DNA of 64,000 bases from assembly GCF_018977255.1 (NCBI RefSeq), contig NW_024704742.1, positions 29,824,001 to 29,888,000 of the forward strand, read 5' to 3'. The notes beneath the pieces are model-generated. The model was not told the DNA's origin. It saw only the letters and a program-made list of their open reading frames with translations, and did not search any database. Shown here piece by piece: positions 37,241 through 51,559 of the stretch. Source of the DNA: Callorhinchus milii. Its lineage: Eukaryota. The position numbers and the translations under genes were made by a program. Every line of letters starts with the position of its first letter. The stretch's first letter is position 1.

Positions 37241-39759
37241 TCTTGTATTATAATGTATGAGTCAGACTGGATGTTCCAAAATGCTTGGATTGCTTTAGTC
37301 ATTTTGTGTTGATTCTTGACACGAACAGAACAAAGCAAATCGAGTAGACAATACACCAACCAAAATGTGCTAAGAACTAAATAAGGTTCTTGTGAAAACT
37401 ATTTAGACTTTTGATTACAGTGAACAATAAAGAAGGAAGAAAGAATAAAAGAGATGACAATATTTAAATCTTGGGGGCAAATTCCATTTTTATGATAGGT
37501 GTCAGAAGTGGAATCAATACTTATAGCAATCCAATGGATAATGTTGCAGAAGAATATTATATTCAGTGGAGCAAACCAGTTTTGAATACTGCTGGATGAA
37601 TATGTAAATGCCAGTTTACTTGCAGTCCTGCTGTGCTTACGTGCTGCTATTTTCATAGCTGAGTGCCAGAGAGATATGGCCCTCACTGTGACAGGAGTTA
37701 AAGGCAACATTCATACATCTGCCATTTGCAACTTCTGCCTCACTAGAAATCTTTTACATCTTCTTTGGTTCTTTGGTCAGCAGGAAAAAAAGCGAGCAGA
37801 GAAGGGTTTTCCGTGGAAATACTGGGGTCTATTTACTGACGAGCAGGATTCACCATCGGTGATTAACAGGGAGTTACTAATGGAGAATCCTGACGGTAGC
37901 TGGCACCAAATCATAGCCGACTCGATTTGCTTTGAATTATAGCTTTAGAATTTGGATAATAGGAATTAACCATGATATACTGCCATTTACTGGTGGAATT
38001 CTAGAATTGTTGGCCTCTCTGAGTCGCTACTAATGAATCTTGTGGCGAACCACTGCTTTATAGACACCAAAAACTTTATCCCATCACACAATACTACACA
38101 AGTGATAGTAGACATATTGCCTGTGTTGCTCTTCCATGCCTCTCAGATGTTGAACGTTCCACAAAGATTCACATTGTCCCCATACCACACAATAATAATA
38201 ATAAATCAATCACTCTGTCCACGACTGTTTGTTGGGACACTACTGTGTGCAATTGGCTGCCACATTTCACCCACAAAATATACAGTCAATTCACATTACA
38301 GTATGTTCTATAAAGTGCTTTGAGACATCTCGAAGACTTGATAAGGCGCTGTATCAAATACAAGGATTTTTATTATTGCTGAAATGTGACAGAGAGTTGG
38401 TGAGAATGGGGAACTCACTGCCAGAAGCTGTGGTTGAAGCAAAGAGCTTCAATGCATTTACAAGGAAAATTATACATGAGTGAGAAGAGAATATAGAGGA
38501 GTATAGGTGAGGGGAATAGGAGGGGTAGTGTCTTGTGAGGAGTATTAAGCACAGGCATGGATAGAATAGTTGGGCTAAATGGTCTGCTTCTGTGCTGTAG
38601 GTTTCTATGTAATTCTATGAATTATTTAGCTCATTTTCATCATTATGTTCCATCCTCCCTCCTCTTTCCCCCCCTCGCACCGCGAAAGGACAAGGAAATA
38701 GAATTTAATTCTAAATGTATTTATAAACTGAACAGTAGCACTCGCTGCTTCCTCCATTCTTTCAGTCCTAACTTGGCAGCGAGCCTCAGCACAACCCATG
38801 GAAGCTTCATTTCACACATACTAACTTTACACTGTGTTGAAGTGAAATGTGCTGCAAAAAAAAATGTGCGCGATTTTATTTTCCAGGCATGTACTCCACT
38901 TTAAGTACATACTCCACCAGAAGCTGGTTTCACGAGCGTCACTGCACCAAGGCATGCTGTCATACCAGAGAATTAATAGAGAAGTACAGTATTCCCAAGG
39001 TCAGACCTTTCAGTGAGCTTTTCAGTTTTAGACCCAGAAGACAAACACATTGAATGAATAAAACTTTTTTTCTAACAGTACAGGCAGAAAGAGATTATGT
39101 TTTGCATGAAAAGAAAAAGGGGATCTCACTGAAAATAAGTGAGACTTGGCAGGTCTGATATTATTAGGTTTGAATAAGGTGTCTCACATGAGTACACATT
39201 TTAACCCTCCCAGGAAGCAGGTTAATAATAATAGTAACAATAATAATCCTTGTATTTGATATAGTGCCTTATCACGTCATTGAGACGTTTCAAAGCGCTT
39301 CACAGAATATACAATAAACTGAATCGACTGTGTGTTTTGTGGGCGAGATTGATAAAACACAGCATTACACCTAGGAGGAAGGGGGACAGAGGAAAGCAAA
39401 GCTGTGTGGTTAGGATCTATCTGTGTTCTCTGATCATTAAAAACATGTAGTGAAGGTTTTTATTTGTTTGATACCCAACAATAACATCACAAGAGCATCT
39501 GGCAGAGATGCAGCCAAACGAGGAAGCAATTTTACACATTGCTTTATCACCCTTCTGATGTAGCTTATCGATCCTAATTTGACCTGCAAAACTCGCGAGG
39601 AAATTAATACAAAGCAGTGGAGTGTGAAGTTCTGAGACTGTATGGCAGAATGGAAAGTCAAAGAGTGAGATTTTCAGAGGAGGCTCTGCACATGTTGTTT
39701 AGTTGGAGCTCAAGCAGTGCTGCCACATTTTATAATGTGGGGAGTTCTCCCCTTACCCC

Positions 39760-40210
39760 AATATGCAAAACAGCCAACAGAGGTGGTCAGAGATATGCCC
39801 ATCACACAGTTCTACCCTGGCTCTACTGGCTCCCTATCACTGAATGAATCGATTTCAAGATCCTCAAACTTGTTTTCAAATGCCTTCATGCCCTAGCACC
39901 TCCCTACCTCTCTGATTTACTTACTCACAAACCCATTAACCCCTGCCTCCGCTCGACTGGCTCCGGCCTCCTGCTTATCCCTCATGCCCTCCATTTCACC
40001 ATTGATATCCGTGCTTTCAGCCACTACACCCAGAAACTCTGGAACACTTTGTCCCTATCCCTTCTTCTTGGCCCTTCCTTCCTGAAGACCTTCCTCTTCG
40101 ACCGTGCCTACAGTGACCTCCCTTTCGCCCCAGCTTGGCGTTGTGGACTGTCAAGTGCTCTGGGATAATGCCTTGTGTGAGGGGTGCTATATAAATGCAA
40201 GTTGGTGTTG
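39760..40210 (+). mobile_element. Old L2 3' fragment
   Basis: LYWLPI...IDFKIL-like sequence; tail GTGCTATATAAATGCAAGTTG. Confidence 0.75.
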
Positions 40211-42664
40211 CTGTTGAGTTGACCACCTTACAAAGATTTACAAAGAATAGAGCACGATACAGCACGGCAACAGGCCACTCGGCCCAACCAGTCTGTGCCG
40301 ATGTTTATACTTCACACAAATCTTCACCCATTCTTTAATCTGTCTCATGCTCTTCTATTCCCCTCTCCCGGAAATACTTCTTTGCATAGCATTTATTATT
40401 GTGATAATCATTCTTCCATTTGGTATAACACCTATGAATGTCTCAAAGCACTTAAAGAGTTTTCTGCAAAGTATGGTAATTGTGTATTGGAGGCAATAAT
40501 AGCAGCTAATTTGGAAACAGCAATGTCTGGCATCCCCAAACCTTGACTCTTGCCAAGCTGTGCCTAATTCTCTCCAGAATTAGGTAAATAGGATACAACC
40601 CTCTGGGGAGAAAATGTTAATTCCATTTCAGACACGGGAATTTCCATGTGTAGGTGGCATACATGGAACTGTCAGTCCCGTTTGTATTCTCTTAAGCATG
40701 GTGATGGGTTCCCCCATGTGTCAGACACCCAGCATTCTTGCATTTCTATAAATGTTATTTTGACTTGTTTGGGAATTTCCCACAGGAATGTTTAATGAGG
40801 ACAGACTGACTGTCTGTCCTCATGTTTGCTAATTGACTAATATTCTGTGAGATGTGACAATGGGACTTTGAGAATCACAATTATTTTACACTTTTACAAG
40901 GTGCCCCCTTTGGCTGCCTAGCCATTGCAAACCTGTGCTTTATTTTGAGTATTTGCCCTTTAAACTGAAGGATAGATAGCCCCATGGCACAGGGTGTAAG
41001 TACTACACAAGCAGAGTGGTAGGACATGGCTATTGGTGACATTCTGAGCTCAGCATTGCAGTTTCAACCATGATCTTGTACTTGTGAAGAGATTTATTTG
41101 GTCTGAGATGTCTCTTGTTGGGAATGTATGCACAAGACGTGACACATTCCTAATAACTCCCCATTGAGAGAAAACACGTTTTTCATGAAATGGCACACAG
41201 AAAGCAATTGTGTATAACAGATGGGAGTAGCAGCACAGTGTGCACAATACACTGCACTTTGGAGATGGGAGAAATTGACAAGAGTTGTTATTAGAGAAAC
41301 TGAGTTCATGAAGATGATTCATTGTTCGGTGAACCTCGCAATCCAACGACTGACAACAACAATAATGATAATACTAATCCTTGCATTTGATATGGTGCTT
41401 TATAATGTTGTTGAGACGTCTCAAAGTGCTTCACAGGATACCTGTAAAGTGGATTGACTGTGTATTTTGTGGGCGAAATGCGAAACATTGGTAAACAGGA
41501 ACAGGAGAAAGCCATTCACCCCATTAAGCACATCCCACCATTTTATTAGACCTTGTCAGATCTTTTAATCGCATTACTCATGCCTGTTAACAACTCTACA
41601 ACCCAAGAATCTGTTTATCTCTCTTTTAAACATTCCTATTGATTCCAGCTCTACAGCTTTCTGGGACAGAGCATTCCACTTCTTCACAACCTTCTGTGTA
41701 AAGAAATGCTTCCTGACCTCAATTCTCAATGAGATGAAGCACAAAATGTCTTAAACCTGATTGTAATGATTGTATCATTGATAACCTCCTACACAACTCT
41801 GGATATGAGGTCATTAGTAGACCTAAGTTGTGCACTAAATTCTGGACGAAACCCAGAAGACAGTTCAAGGTGTTGCGGATTCAAAAAGGGCAGATTTTGG
41901 TTTCTTAATGTGAGCCGAGAAACCAAGTGGACAAAAAAAACATCTGCAATAGATATATATTAAACATGGTGGAGGGGAGGGGGAAAGAAAGAGAAGGTGA
42001 AATTCAACTAAAATAGAGAAAACAATAGCAATTTTTTTACATAAAATGATTCAACATGTAGCCATGTTGTTGATCACCCGCAGCAGAGTGGATTTATTAC
42101 TTATTAGGTTCAGGTTATTGCTAGATATTAAAAGCCAGTTAACAGTCTGTTGAAGGCATCATTAATATCACACGGCATGAAGGAACAGCACTCTTGACCT
42201 TTTTGCTCACATTTGGTGGCACTTTGTGCCCAGATTCCAGGGAAGGATGGGGAAGAGGAAACAGACCGTTGTATTATTTTCTTTACAAGATACATTATTC
42301 CTGTATTATCATTCTCTGCGCTAATTAAATTCTATGGATCACTGAAAGGACACTGTGTTTCAGCAGAGTTATGTTTCAGCAGAGACAGCAACATCTCAGA
42401 AAATGACTACTTCATTAATGCTCTGAGGCACCAATGCTGCTTCAGCACCTCTGTAGCCTGGTGTCACGGTGAAACCTTCAGCACCCAGATGTCCAGTGTG
42501 CTCAGCGAGAATTCTCTATCAGCCAAGGGCGTGATGGGGCACAGGGAAAAAAATAGTTTGGATGAGTTGACCTAGTGTGTTCTTGCAGTTTCCTTTATTG
42601 TGACAAAAAGACACCTGACTCTCTGCTTGGAAGATTTTCACAATGAATTCAATTGAAATTCTGG

Positions 42665-43060
42665 ATTAACACGTACACACATAGATGCAGACAAGCAGAT
42701 AAAAACATACGCAGACATAAACACACACAGACAGGCAAACAAATCGATTCACACAGACAAACAACCACATACACACAGCCAAACGGCCACATACACACAG
42801 CTAAACGAATGCATCCACACTGGCAAACAAACACATATGCAAGCAAAAAATAAACAAATATACAAACATACACACAGGCAAACAAACAAACACGAACACT
42901 CATGCAAACAAATATACACACAGACAAACAAACAAAACAACAACAACAACTTGCACTGATATAGTGCCCTCCACGTAGGGTAACATCTCAGGGTTAGGAT
43001 TAGCGTCTCAGAGAGTTTAAACACAGACAAACCGGCAAACAAACACAAAATCACAAACAT
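42665..43060. repeat. Decayed CA/AAAC-rich microsatellite
   Basis: Directly visible low-complexity sequence. Confidence 0.8.
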
Positions 43061-46000
43061 ACTGTATTTTCACGTCAGCAACATTTTCAGAATTAGACTC
43101 TTTTTCCAAATTAGTTTCTTTATTACAAAAACACAATGTGCATTCAGCACATTCCAGGGCTGGAACATTCCAGTAACTAATTTGTCCTGGCAATGTGTTA
43201 GCGACAGGGAGTGAAAAGGCAAAGCAGCTCAAAAGCCTGTGGTGGCTGGCCTCCTCCTAAGTCTCTGGTGTTTGGTATTGTTTACTTGCTCCTTGCTCCC
43301 TGCCAGCAGCCCCCTGTGGAACCTCTTCCCTCCCGCTGTATAATCCCTCCTCTGTTTCAAAGGTGCATTCTCTTCTTCTTCCCATCCAATCCTCAGTTTA
43401 ACTGACAGCTCTTGGTGGGTGAAAACTTAATTGGAGAATATCCTACTTCAAGGTGGTGAAAACAAGGCAGTAGCTCCCTGCTCGTGGCCACCCATCAGAG
43501 AACAGTTGCTTCACTGGTTCATACTGCTGAATATTTGCTGTCTAACGTTATGCTTCAATATTGGGTTTGAAAACGAGACGGGATTCACAAATAGAGACTC
43601 AAATTTGGTATCGGTGTATTTGGCCGATAACCATCACTACAGGGTGTTCACAAAGTCCTGTTAACCCCATGTTGGCCGTGAGGTACTGACAATTACCGGC
43701 AGAATTTACTGATAGAGAAGCTTTGTCCTTGACATTGCGAGTCACCACTTTTCTGACACTCTTACTGAAAGTTTCATCTATTGGCTCTCTCTCTCCTGTA
43801 CAGGAATGCAAATGGACTATTTTATGTCAAGTCCCGCCTGAAAACCTTGTGCTTACGGTCACCTTCCCCTGGTCTCCGGCTCGGAGTCAGGCTCCGCCAT
43901 TGTTAAGCGCTCTGAGACACTACCCTGTGTGGAGGACGCTATATAAGTGCAAGTTGTTGTTGCATGTTTCTGCTAAAATAGATAGATGCTGTACAGATTG
44001 CACTTTTCCAGCATCCTCGAGGCCTCCAGGCAGAAACACACAATTACATTCTTTATTTCTATTGTCCTAGATCAGTATGATAGAGCTACCCAATGATTAA
44101 CAACATGAGGTCCTAGGTTTCATCCTCCATTTTACCCAGTTCCTGATCTGAGCTGAACAAGGAAAGAGGTGGCTGCAACACCTTTTCACATGGGGCCAAA
44201 GGGATTAAAACAAATGCAATATGAAAGAACTTTACAATTCAGAAAATATTTCATTGCAGTTTATACAATTAAATCAGTAATAATCTGTGCATTTCATATA
44301 ACCCCGCAAATGCCAAGAACGTTTCAAAGTGTTTCTGTGTAAAAGTGATTATATTTGTAAGGAATGTTCACTTACAAAATACACAGTCACCACAATTTAC
44401 AGTAATTCCTATGATGTGCTTTTAGATGCCTCGATGATGTGATAACGTGCTATATTAAATGCAAGAATTATTATTAACGCGAGGGCCAATTTGCAAACAA
44501 CAATGTCTCACAAACAGCCCTGAAGTGAATGACCAAGTTTATCTGGAGAATTATTGGCAAGGACACTGGGAGAAACTCCCTTCTCTTTATGAATAGTAAC
44601 ATAGGATCTTCAACATCCACCAGAGTAGGCAGATGGGATCTGAGTTTAACATCTCATTGAAAGGACGGCACTTCCAGCCATGCAGCGCTCCCCAGCACTG
44701 TAGTGTAGTATCGCCTTAGAATATAATTTAAAAGTTCTGATGTAGGGTTGGAACCCATAACCTTCTGACTCAGAGGCGAGAGTGCTACCTATCAAGCCTA
44801 TTGGAGATTGTGCAACAGAAACTTGGTTACTAANTTTTTTCTCAGCATTCCTAGGAATTGAGCAATGTTAATACGGTGAATCACGACTGGTTTTCTCGTT
44901 CAAAGAGGCGTGTTGTCTACTGTCACCTTGTGGTTTCTAAATGGATTGCAGCAGCAGCAGCAATTATCAGAGTTCTCAGAATTTCACTGTATTAATAATA
45001 ATAATCCTTGCATTTCATATTGCACCTTATTATGTCGTTGAGATATCTCAAAGCACTTCAGAGAATATAGTATAAAGTGGATTGACTGTATATTTTATTA
45101 GTAATAGATCCTAGACCCCAGTACACGATGAGAGTGCTACCATTGCGCCAGTGTGTGTGTCAGCCTGGTGCAGTGATAGCACTCTTGCCTCTGAGTCAAA
45201 AGGTTGTGGGTTCAAGCCCTACGCTGGGTTTTGAAATCGCATATTCTAAACTGACAGTCCAGTGCAGTACTGGGGTATATTGCACTGTCGGAGGCGCTGC
45301 TGCATTTCACCCACAAAATACAGACAATCCATTTTACAGAATATCCTGTGAAGCTCTTTGAGATGTCTCAATGAGTGATAAGCTGCTATATCTAATGCAA
45401 GGATTATTGTTATTACTACTACTTTGGCCAAAGCACAGAAGACCATGTTTCACTAGATCACCTTATATAAATGTATTTTGGACTATTCACGAACAAATAA
45501 ATAATACCACTCTCCTCCAATGACTCAGTGGACAAAGCATGCTGTGAAACTGAGCCACATAGATCCCAAAACCCCCAGGTTCAACACAACTGATCTCAGC
45601 AGGGGTTGAGTATGTACGTGTGAGTGTGTGTAGGTGGGAGAGGGGGTGTGGGGAGAGGGGCAGAGGAGGTGGCGTTGGCCAACAACTTCTCTCAGTGGCT
45701 CTGGGCTGGGGTGGGGGGGGGAAGAGGAACAATTAATTGTCTCAAAATATTGACTGGCAGACAGCTTGGATTTAAGCAGGGAGCACATCAGCGGGAAGAT
45801 AGCAATGCTCCCTGGTGCCGCCTATCTATTAATGAAAGAAAATTAATTTCCCACTAAAGTACTGGCAGCCTCGGGGTGTGTGAAATATTGGTTGTTGGAA
45901 AAGCTCTTCATTTGCAACATGTTGGCATGAAGCGAAGGAAATTTAGCTGATCCAATCTTTGCTGTGATTGTATGGTATAGTAAAAGCAATCCACCCACGA

Positions 46001-46621
46001 CCATGGCTTTCCCACAGTATTTCATTCTTTCATCTGGGCTCCGAGTGACTGAGATCTTACCCACGGCATTTCAGCGCTCAGTTTCAATGGCTTGAGGAGA
46101 TGACCATGGAGCGGTCGCAGTTTTGACACGTTCCTATTTTTCCGGTATGTCCTGTGAACGAGTGCAGATGACCATTGCGGCAGCACAACGGCCCTCACCC
46201 CTAATTGTATCCCCCCGTTATGACAAGCGCCCGGTGTACTAGATGGCCTCTGTATCAGTCCCTTCTCTGTATCGTGCAAGTTCCCTCTCTGAGTGAAACT
46301 GCACCAATGAGAATTTACACATCACGACAGGTAATCCCAATGGCCTTGGCGAGGCTGGTCAGCACTACAGTTGGTCCCATCAGGGGAGGGAGAATCAGCC
46401 ACCTAGACCATTCTGCTGGCAAGAGTGCGTTTGTGAATGTGGCTGCAAGACAGGATTAGACTTGGCTGTGGATCCCTTTGATATCCCCCAGGTAGAATTT
46501 CTGACACAATCACTGGCAACAAAATGCCAAACACTGTTTTACTAGCATTACTTTGGGAAGATCATTGAACTAGCTTTTGCCATCCCCCTTACTACCTCAC
46601 TACTAGCCAGTAGCCTCATGC

Positions 46622-46950
46622 AGTCCTGTAGCGTATTGGTTGGAGCGCTCGCCTTGCCCATCGAGAGGAACCTTAGGCAAGTTTCCTTACTCCACACGCC
46701 TCTGTTTACCTAGTAGTAAGTAGGAACCCGGTTGTTAGTTGATTAGTGGATTGCTTTCAGGGGGTAATAATCCCTTCAAAAAAACAAATAAATAGTAATT
46801 TGGTCACCCAATCCAAGACTGTTTGTGTGACACTGCTGTGCTCATTGGCTGCCATGTTTCGCCCACACAATGTACAGTCAATCCACTTTACAGTATATTC
46901 TGTGAAGTGCTTTGAGACGTCTCAATAATGTGATAAGGTGCTATTATTAT
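46622..46950 (+). mobile_element. tRNA SINE, long variant
   Basis: AGTCCTGTAGCGTATTGGTT head, Deu-like core and ATT tail. Confidence 0.85.
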
Positions 46951-48239
46951 TTATTTCACTTTTTTAATAGATCTAAACTAAGGGATGTTCCTCGGTATTG
47001 GAGGTGCTGGTTCAGAATCAACTGTATCAATACTGTAGTTAGACTTGTTTTTAATTGAACTATTCACTTCAAAGCGTTTTATCGCTTTTCACTTCAATCC
47101 ACGACTTTTTGTGGGACACTGCTGTGCGCAATTGGTTGTCGCGTTTCGCCCACAATTCACTTTACAGTATAATCTGTGAAGCGCTTTGAGAAGTTTAGAA
47201 GATGTGAAAAGTGTTATATCAAATGCAAGGATGATTATGATTATTATTATGAGTGCATTGTATCAGGAACAGTACATCCTTTTTCTTTGCATTTAACAAT
47301 TATATTGGCACATTGGCTGCTACATTTGCCCATAAATACACAGTAGTGGGAATTAGAGAAGATTCCCAAGGTGTGAAGAAGTCGATGTTCAGGCTAATTG
47401 ACTGAACTGTACCAAATAGAAACAGTAAATACTGTTCCCTGAAGTTTATGTTGACTTTGATTGCAGAAGTGCAAGAGTGCTACCATTGCGCCAATGTGTG
47501 CGTCACTCTGGTGCAGTGGTAGCAGTGTTGCAGTGTTAGTGAGGTCGCCCCCTCCCTTGCCTCGTTCAAGGCCTGTCTCAGGACGTTCCTCTTCGACCTT
47601 GCCTTGGGTCACCCTCCTACTCCTCCCTCCCCTCCACTCCTCCTGATTCCAACCCACAGACACTATATAAGTAATGAAAGTAAATTCCTTGACTGTCCAG
47701 CACCTCGAGACGTCCTCCCGACATGAAAAGCGCTATATAAAAGTAATTTGTTGTTTTTGTCAGAGCGGGATGGGAGTTGAAGGGGAGAGCTAGAGTTAGT
47801 CAGGTTCACACGGTTTGGATGTATGGTGCTGGGTTTCCTCATGTGTCAGACACAAATGTCTGGCCCCCAAAAATAAGAATGACACCATCTATTCACAATA
47901 TAAAGAAGGACGGGGGAGGGGGTGGTGGGGGGGGGCAGAAGTCTTTGAGTGACCAAATGTTCAAAAGTGTGGTACGGCATTTTGTTTACTGAGACAGTTT
48001 CCAAGTCATTAACTGTACACTTTATCCTTTAACAATATCCGGTACTCTACACCCCAGTCACAGGGATCTGCCAGATCAGATGTCAAGTAAAGGTAGCAGC
48101 TCCTCTTTCAGATCAAACTAACCATCCACTGGGCTGAAAGCCCAGAGGCAGAGGATCTTGAGCGAGGCATTTTTCCCTTGTGTTTTTCAGCTGTGTTATA
48201 TAAATAATGGCGTGTGAATAGACTATTTTAAGAAGAGAA

Positions 48240-48306
48240 ATGGATCAGGCTGAGAGTCAGGAAGAGGACAGCACGTTCACCACTATTTCTCTGGCTGACG
48301 ATCCAG
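48240..48306 (+). CDS. SCOC: Short coiled-coil protein, coding exon 1 (LIR-bearing long isoform); exon starts at 48191
   Basis: Translates MDQAESQEEDSTFTTISLADDP; recalled human sequence is MDGSRKEEEEDSTFTNISLADD. Acceptor TTTTTCAG| at 48190 and donor CAG|GTAAAG at 48307 (phase 1). An in-frame stop lies upstream. Confidence 0.9.
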
Positions 48307-49419
48307 GTAAAGTCTGGTTAATGAGTAACGTGTGAATCAGAAGTGCAGGAGCAATATATCTGCCGTCTCTGTTTCCCCCCCTCCTGATCCTTCTGGTTAA
48401 TAGACGCGAACAAGCTTTAAAATGTTGTCGAGGCTTTCTTTCAAAGCACTTGGTTGCCTTTGAGCTTTGCTTGCTCTGTAGATTTGGGAGTACGAATTTC
48501 AAAGAGTGGCTGGAGCCTGCGCTTGCCTTATAGAAGTAGTGAAAGTAAAAGCAAATGATTGTATTCTCTTGCCTTATAAACGTGTTGTTTAGAAGATATT
48601 CCAAGATGCTGCCCTGCTTGAAGGGTGCTCTATGAATGCAAGTTGTTGTTATTATTGTTATCTCAAATGCAAGGATTATTATTGTTAGAATTCATAAGAT
48701 GACCTTCTTGTTGGGATACCTGAGCAGCTGCCTAGCGAATTCATGCCCATTATTGCCTAACGGTGTCTAGTCTCTGCTCAGATAAAGCGTGTGCTAGCAC
48801 GAACACGCCAGGTTTCATTGTCGGGAAGAAGCAGTTTGCTGACCTGAGCAAAGTGGCGTTGTTTTTCCCTCTATGAAAAAAAGAATCACAAGAGAACAGT
48901 GCAATGTCTAAATGAGAAGATAAAGGCCCAGGTGTATAGTAAGTTTAGTCTGTAAGGTTAACATGACGAGGCACCTTCTTCACAAGGTCACAAGAGAAGG
49001 CCCTTCAGCCCAAACAATCTCATTTTCCAGAATATCAACTCTAGCCGTGTCCTGCATGAATCCAGCATCATGGTCTCTACCACCTCCTCCCCACACCCCC
49101 AGCCACCCCTCAAAACACGTTTCAGTCGTAAATTAATGAAATGAGTCCTGTTGCTTCAGAGTGCTGACATTGCTAAAGTTGCCCTTCACAGGACTGAACA
49201 TGTGTCCTCTTGTCCTGCTGCCTTGGGAGTATCTTAAAGTTTAGTTCTGGGTTTACTTATTCAATCCCATTTATAGCGTCTCATTATTAGAAAGGCACGT
49301 TTGTTAAACTCTGCCTGTTCGGTTGGACATTAAAGATCCCATGGGCACGATTCGAAAGGACAAGTCAGTATCTCCTGGTGTCTTGACTGACAATCCCCCA
49401 AATAAAACTGGTTAGTTGT

Positions 49420-49776
49420 GGAGTCCCATAGGATAGTGGTTAGCATGCTTGCCTCGCAAGCGAGAGGACCCAGGTTTGATTCCGGGGTGGGGGGGAGGTT
49501 AAACCTAAGGCAAGTTTGCTAATTCCACACACCTCTGTTTACCTAACAGTAAGTAGGAACCCAGTTGATAGTCGATTGGTGGATTGCTTTCCAGGGGTAA
49601 TAATTCCTCAAAATAAAACTGTTTGTGGGATACTGCTATTTGCAATTGGCTGCCGCATTTCTGCCACAAAATATACAGTCAATTTACTTTACAATATATT
49701 GTGTGAAGCGCTTTGAGACGTCTCAGCAAATTGATAAGACGCGACATCAACGTCAAACACAAGTATTATTATTATT
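49420..49776 (+). mobile_element. tRNA SINE, long variant, in a SCOC intron
   Basis: Head GTCCCATAGGATAGTGGTT...GGTTTGATTCC, followed by core and tail. Confidence 0.85.
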
Positions 49777-51522
49777 GTATTAGTCAGTTGATGGCTACTT
49801 GTGGGGCATTGCTGTGTGCAAGCTGACTGCTGCATTCGCCTACAAAAAACAGTAACAATTACTGTCACTACCTGTCACAGTAATTACTTAGACACAATAT
49901 GGTGTGTATGGATTGCAAGTTCTTTGTTTTCAAAACCTTGACTCAGAGACATCCATTGCCTTTGTCTATATACAGCTGCCACGTGCAGTTGGACAAGGTT
50001 AGGAGTGATAATTATGAGAAGCAAAGGCGCAGCAGTTTGCAAATCCATTTTATCTTATTTGAGATGTGTTTGGCTTTTTAAAATGACTAACCATTGAAAG
50101 GCTTATTTTTAAATGTATTTTAAACTCACCTCCCCTAGTCTTGGAAATTCAAAGTAGGTCAATCAGCATCTAAGAGAGAATGAGAAATACAATACAATTT
50201 ACATTTATGCAGCATCTTGTATGTCGGGAGGATGTTTCTTCAACCTTCCTCTTCGACTGTGCTGTTGGTCATCTTCCCATAACCATCCCCTTTCCCCACA
50301 CCCTCAACACCTCTTGACTCCAGGCCGTAGCTGGGGTGCAAACCATTCACTGGGCAAATCCAGCGCCCTGGAATGTCTTCCTGACATGAAAGGCACTATA
50401 TAAATGTAATTTGTTGTTATTGTTGTCTCTAAGTGCATCATAGTGTTGTCTGGGAATCCAAGCTGAGAGGTGGGAGCTGAAGAGGGTGAGGAGGAAAAAG
50501 ATGACTGAATAATAAAAATAGAAAATAAATCAAGATTTTGGTTATTAACCCTCCATCAGAACTGAACCAATGCAATGGGCAGCCCCAATAAGTGATAAGC
50601 AATAAAATCTCTCCCACCCCCCTGCACAAATGTAGAGAGATCCCGCTTCCCCTTTCAGTTCTGATTAAAAATGCCACCTCAGTAAGTTAAACCCCATCCC
50701 CGCCACCATTTGTTTTCATTTTTGGCTGCTGTGGATCTCTGGAATTTCTGTTTTTATTTCATACTTGATTGGTTAATAATATAGTAATCTTTAATTTGAT
50801 ATAGCACCTGATCACGTCGTTGAGACGTCTTAAAGCGCTTACTGCAAAGTGGAGGGACTGTATATTTTGCGGGCGAAACGACAAATGATTTCTTTGTGAT
50901 CTATTGCGATGGTGTGCGAAAAAAATAAACTTTTTTTTAAAAAAAAGCTAACGCGGTTGGCATTTGCTCTGCGCGATTGGCTGTCGCGTTTCTCCCACGT
51001 GGTGCACCTTACGGCACAGTCCGCGAAGCTCTTTGAGACGTCTCGAACGACGTGATAAGGGGCTATATTAAATTGCAGGGATTATTATTATTATTTTTAT
51101 AGCTGAATACTGAACCGGTGCTCAGGCATAGATTGGGAATGGACACACACAGACACACATTGCCTCTGTGTCTGGTTTTCCTCTTCTCCTTCCCAGTGGC
51201 TGTGTCTCTCTCTCCCCCCTGGTGGCTGCTCTGTGTTCATGTCAAGTCAGTTCCTGAAATATTTTGCTTCCTCGATCTGCATCGATTGGACATTTCCTCC
51301 CCCCCACCCCCCCAACCCCCCCCACCCACCCCACACAACCTCGCCACAGAGACAACCAACAGCTTCAGGCAGGGAAGGGAGTGATCCAGGTATGTTGGGG
51401 TAGATGGTGATCTAAGGTAAGTCACAGCCCTGTGCAGAGGCTGGAGAGCAGCTGAGAGATCAGCAACACTGGGTGTTGACTAGTTCCTTTGCACCCTCCT
51501 CACACAGCAAATGGTTAGGCCC

Positions 51523-51559
<37 letters not shown>

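Noticed and set aside
33765..37543. Shared 16-mer AATCCAATGGATAATG at about 33765 and 37528
   Set aside because: About one such match is expected by chance in 64 kb, and the flanks do not align.
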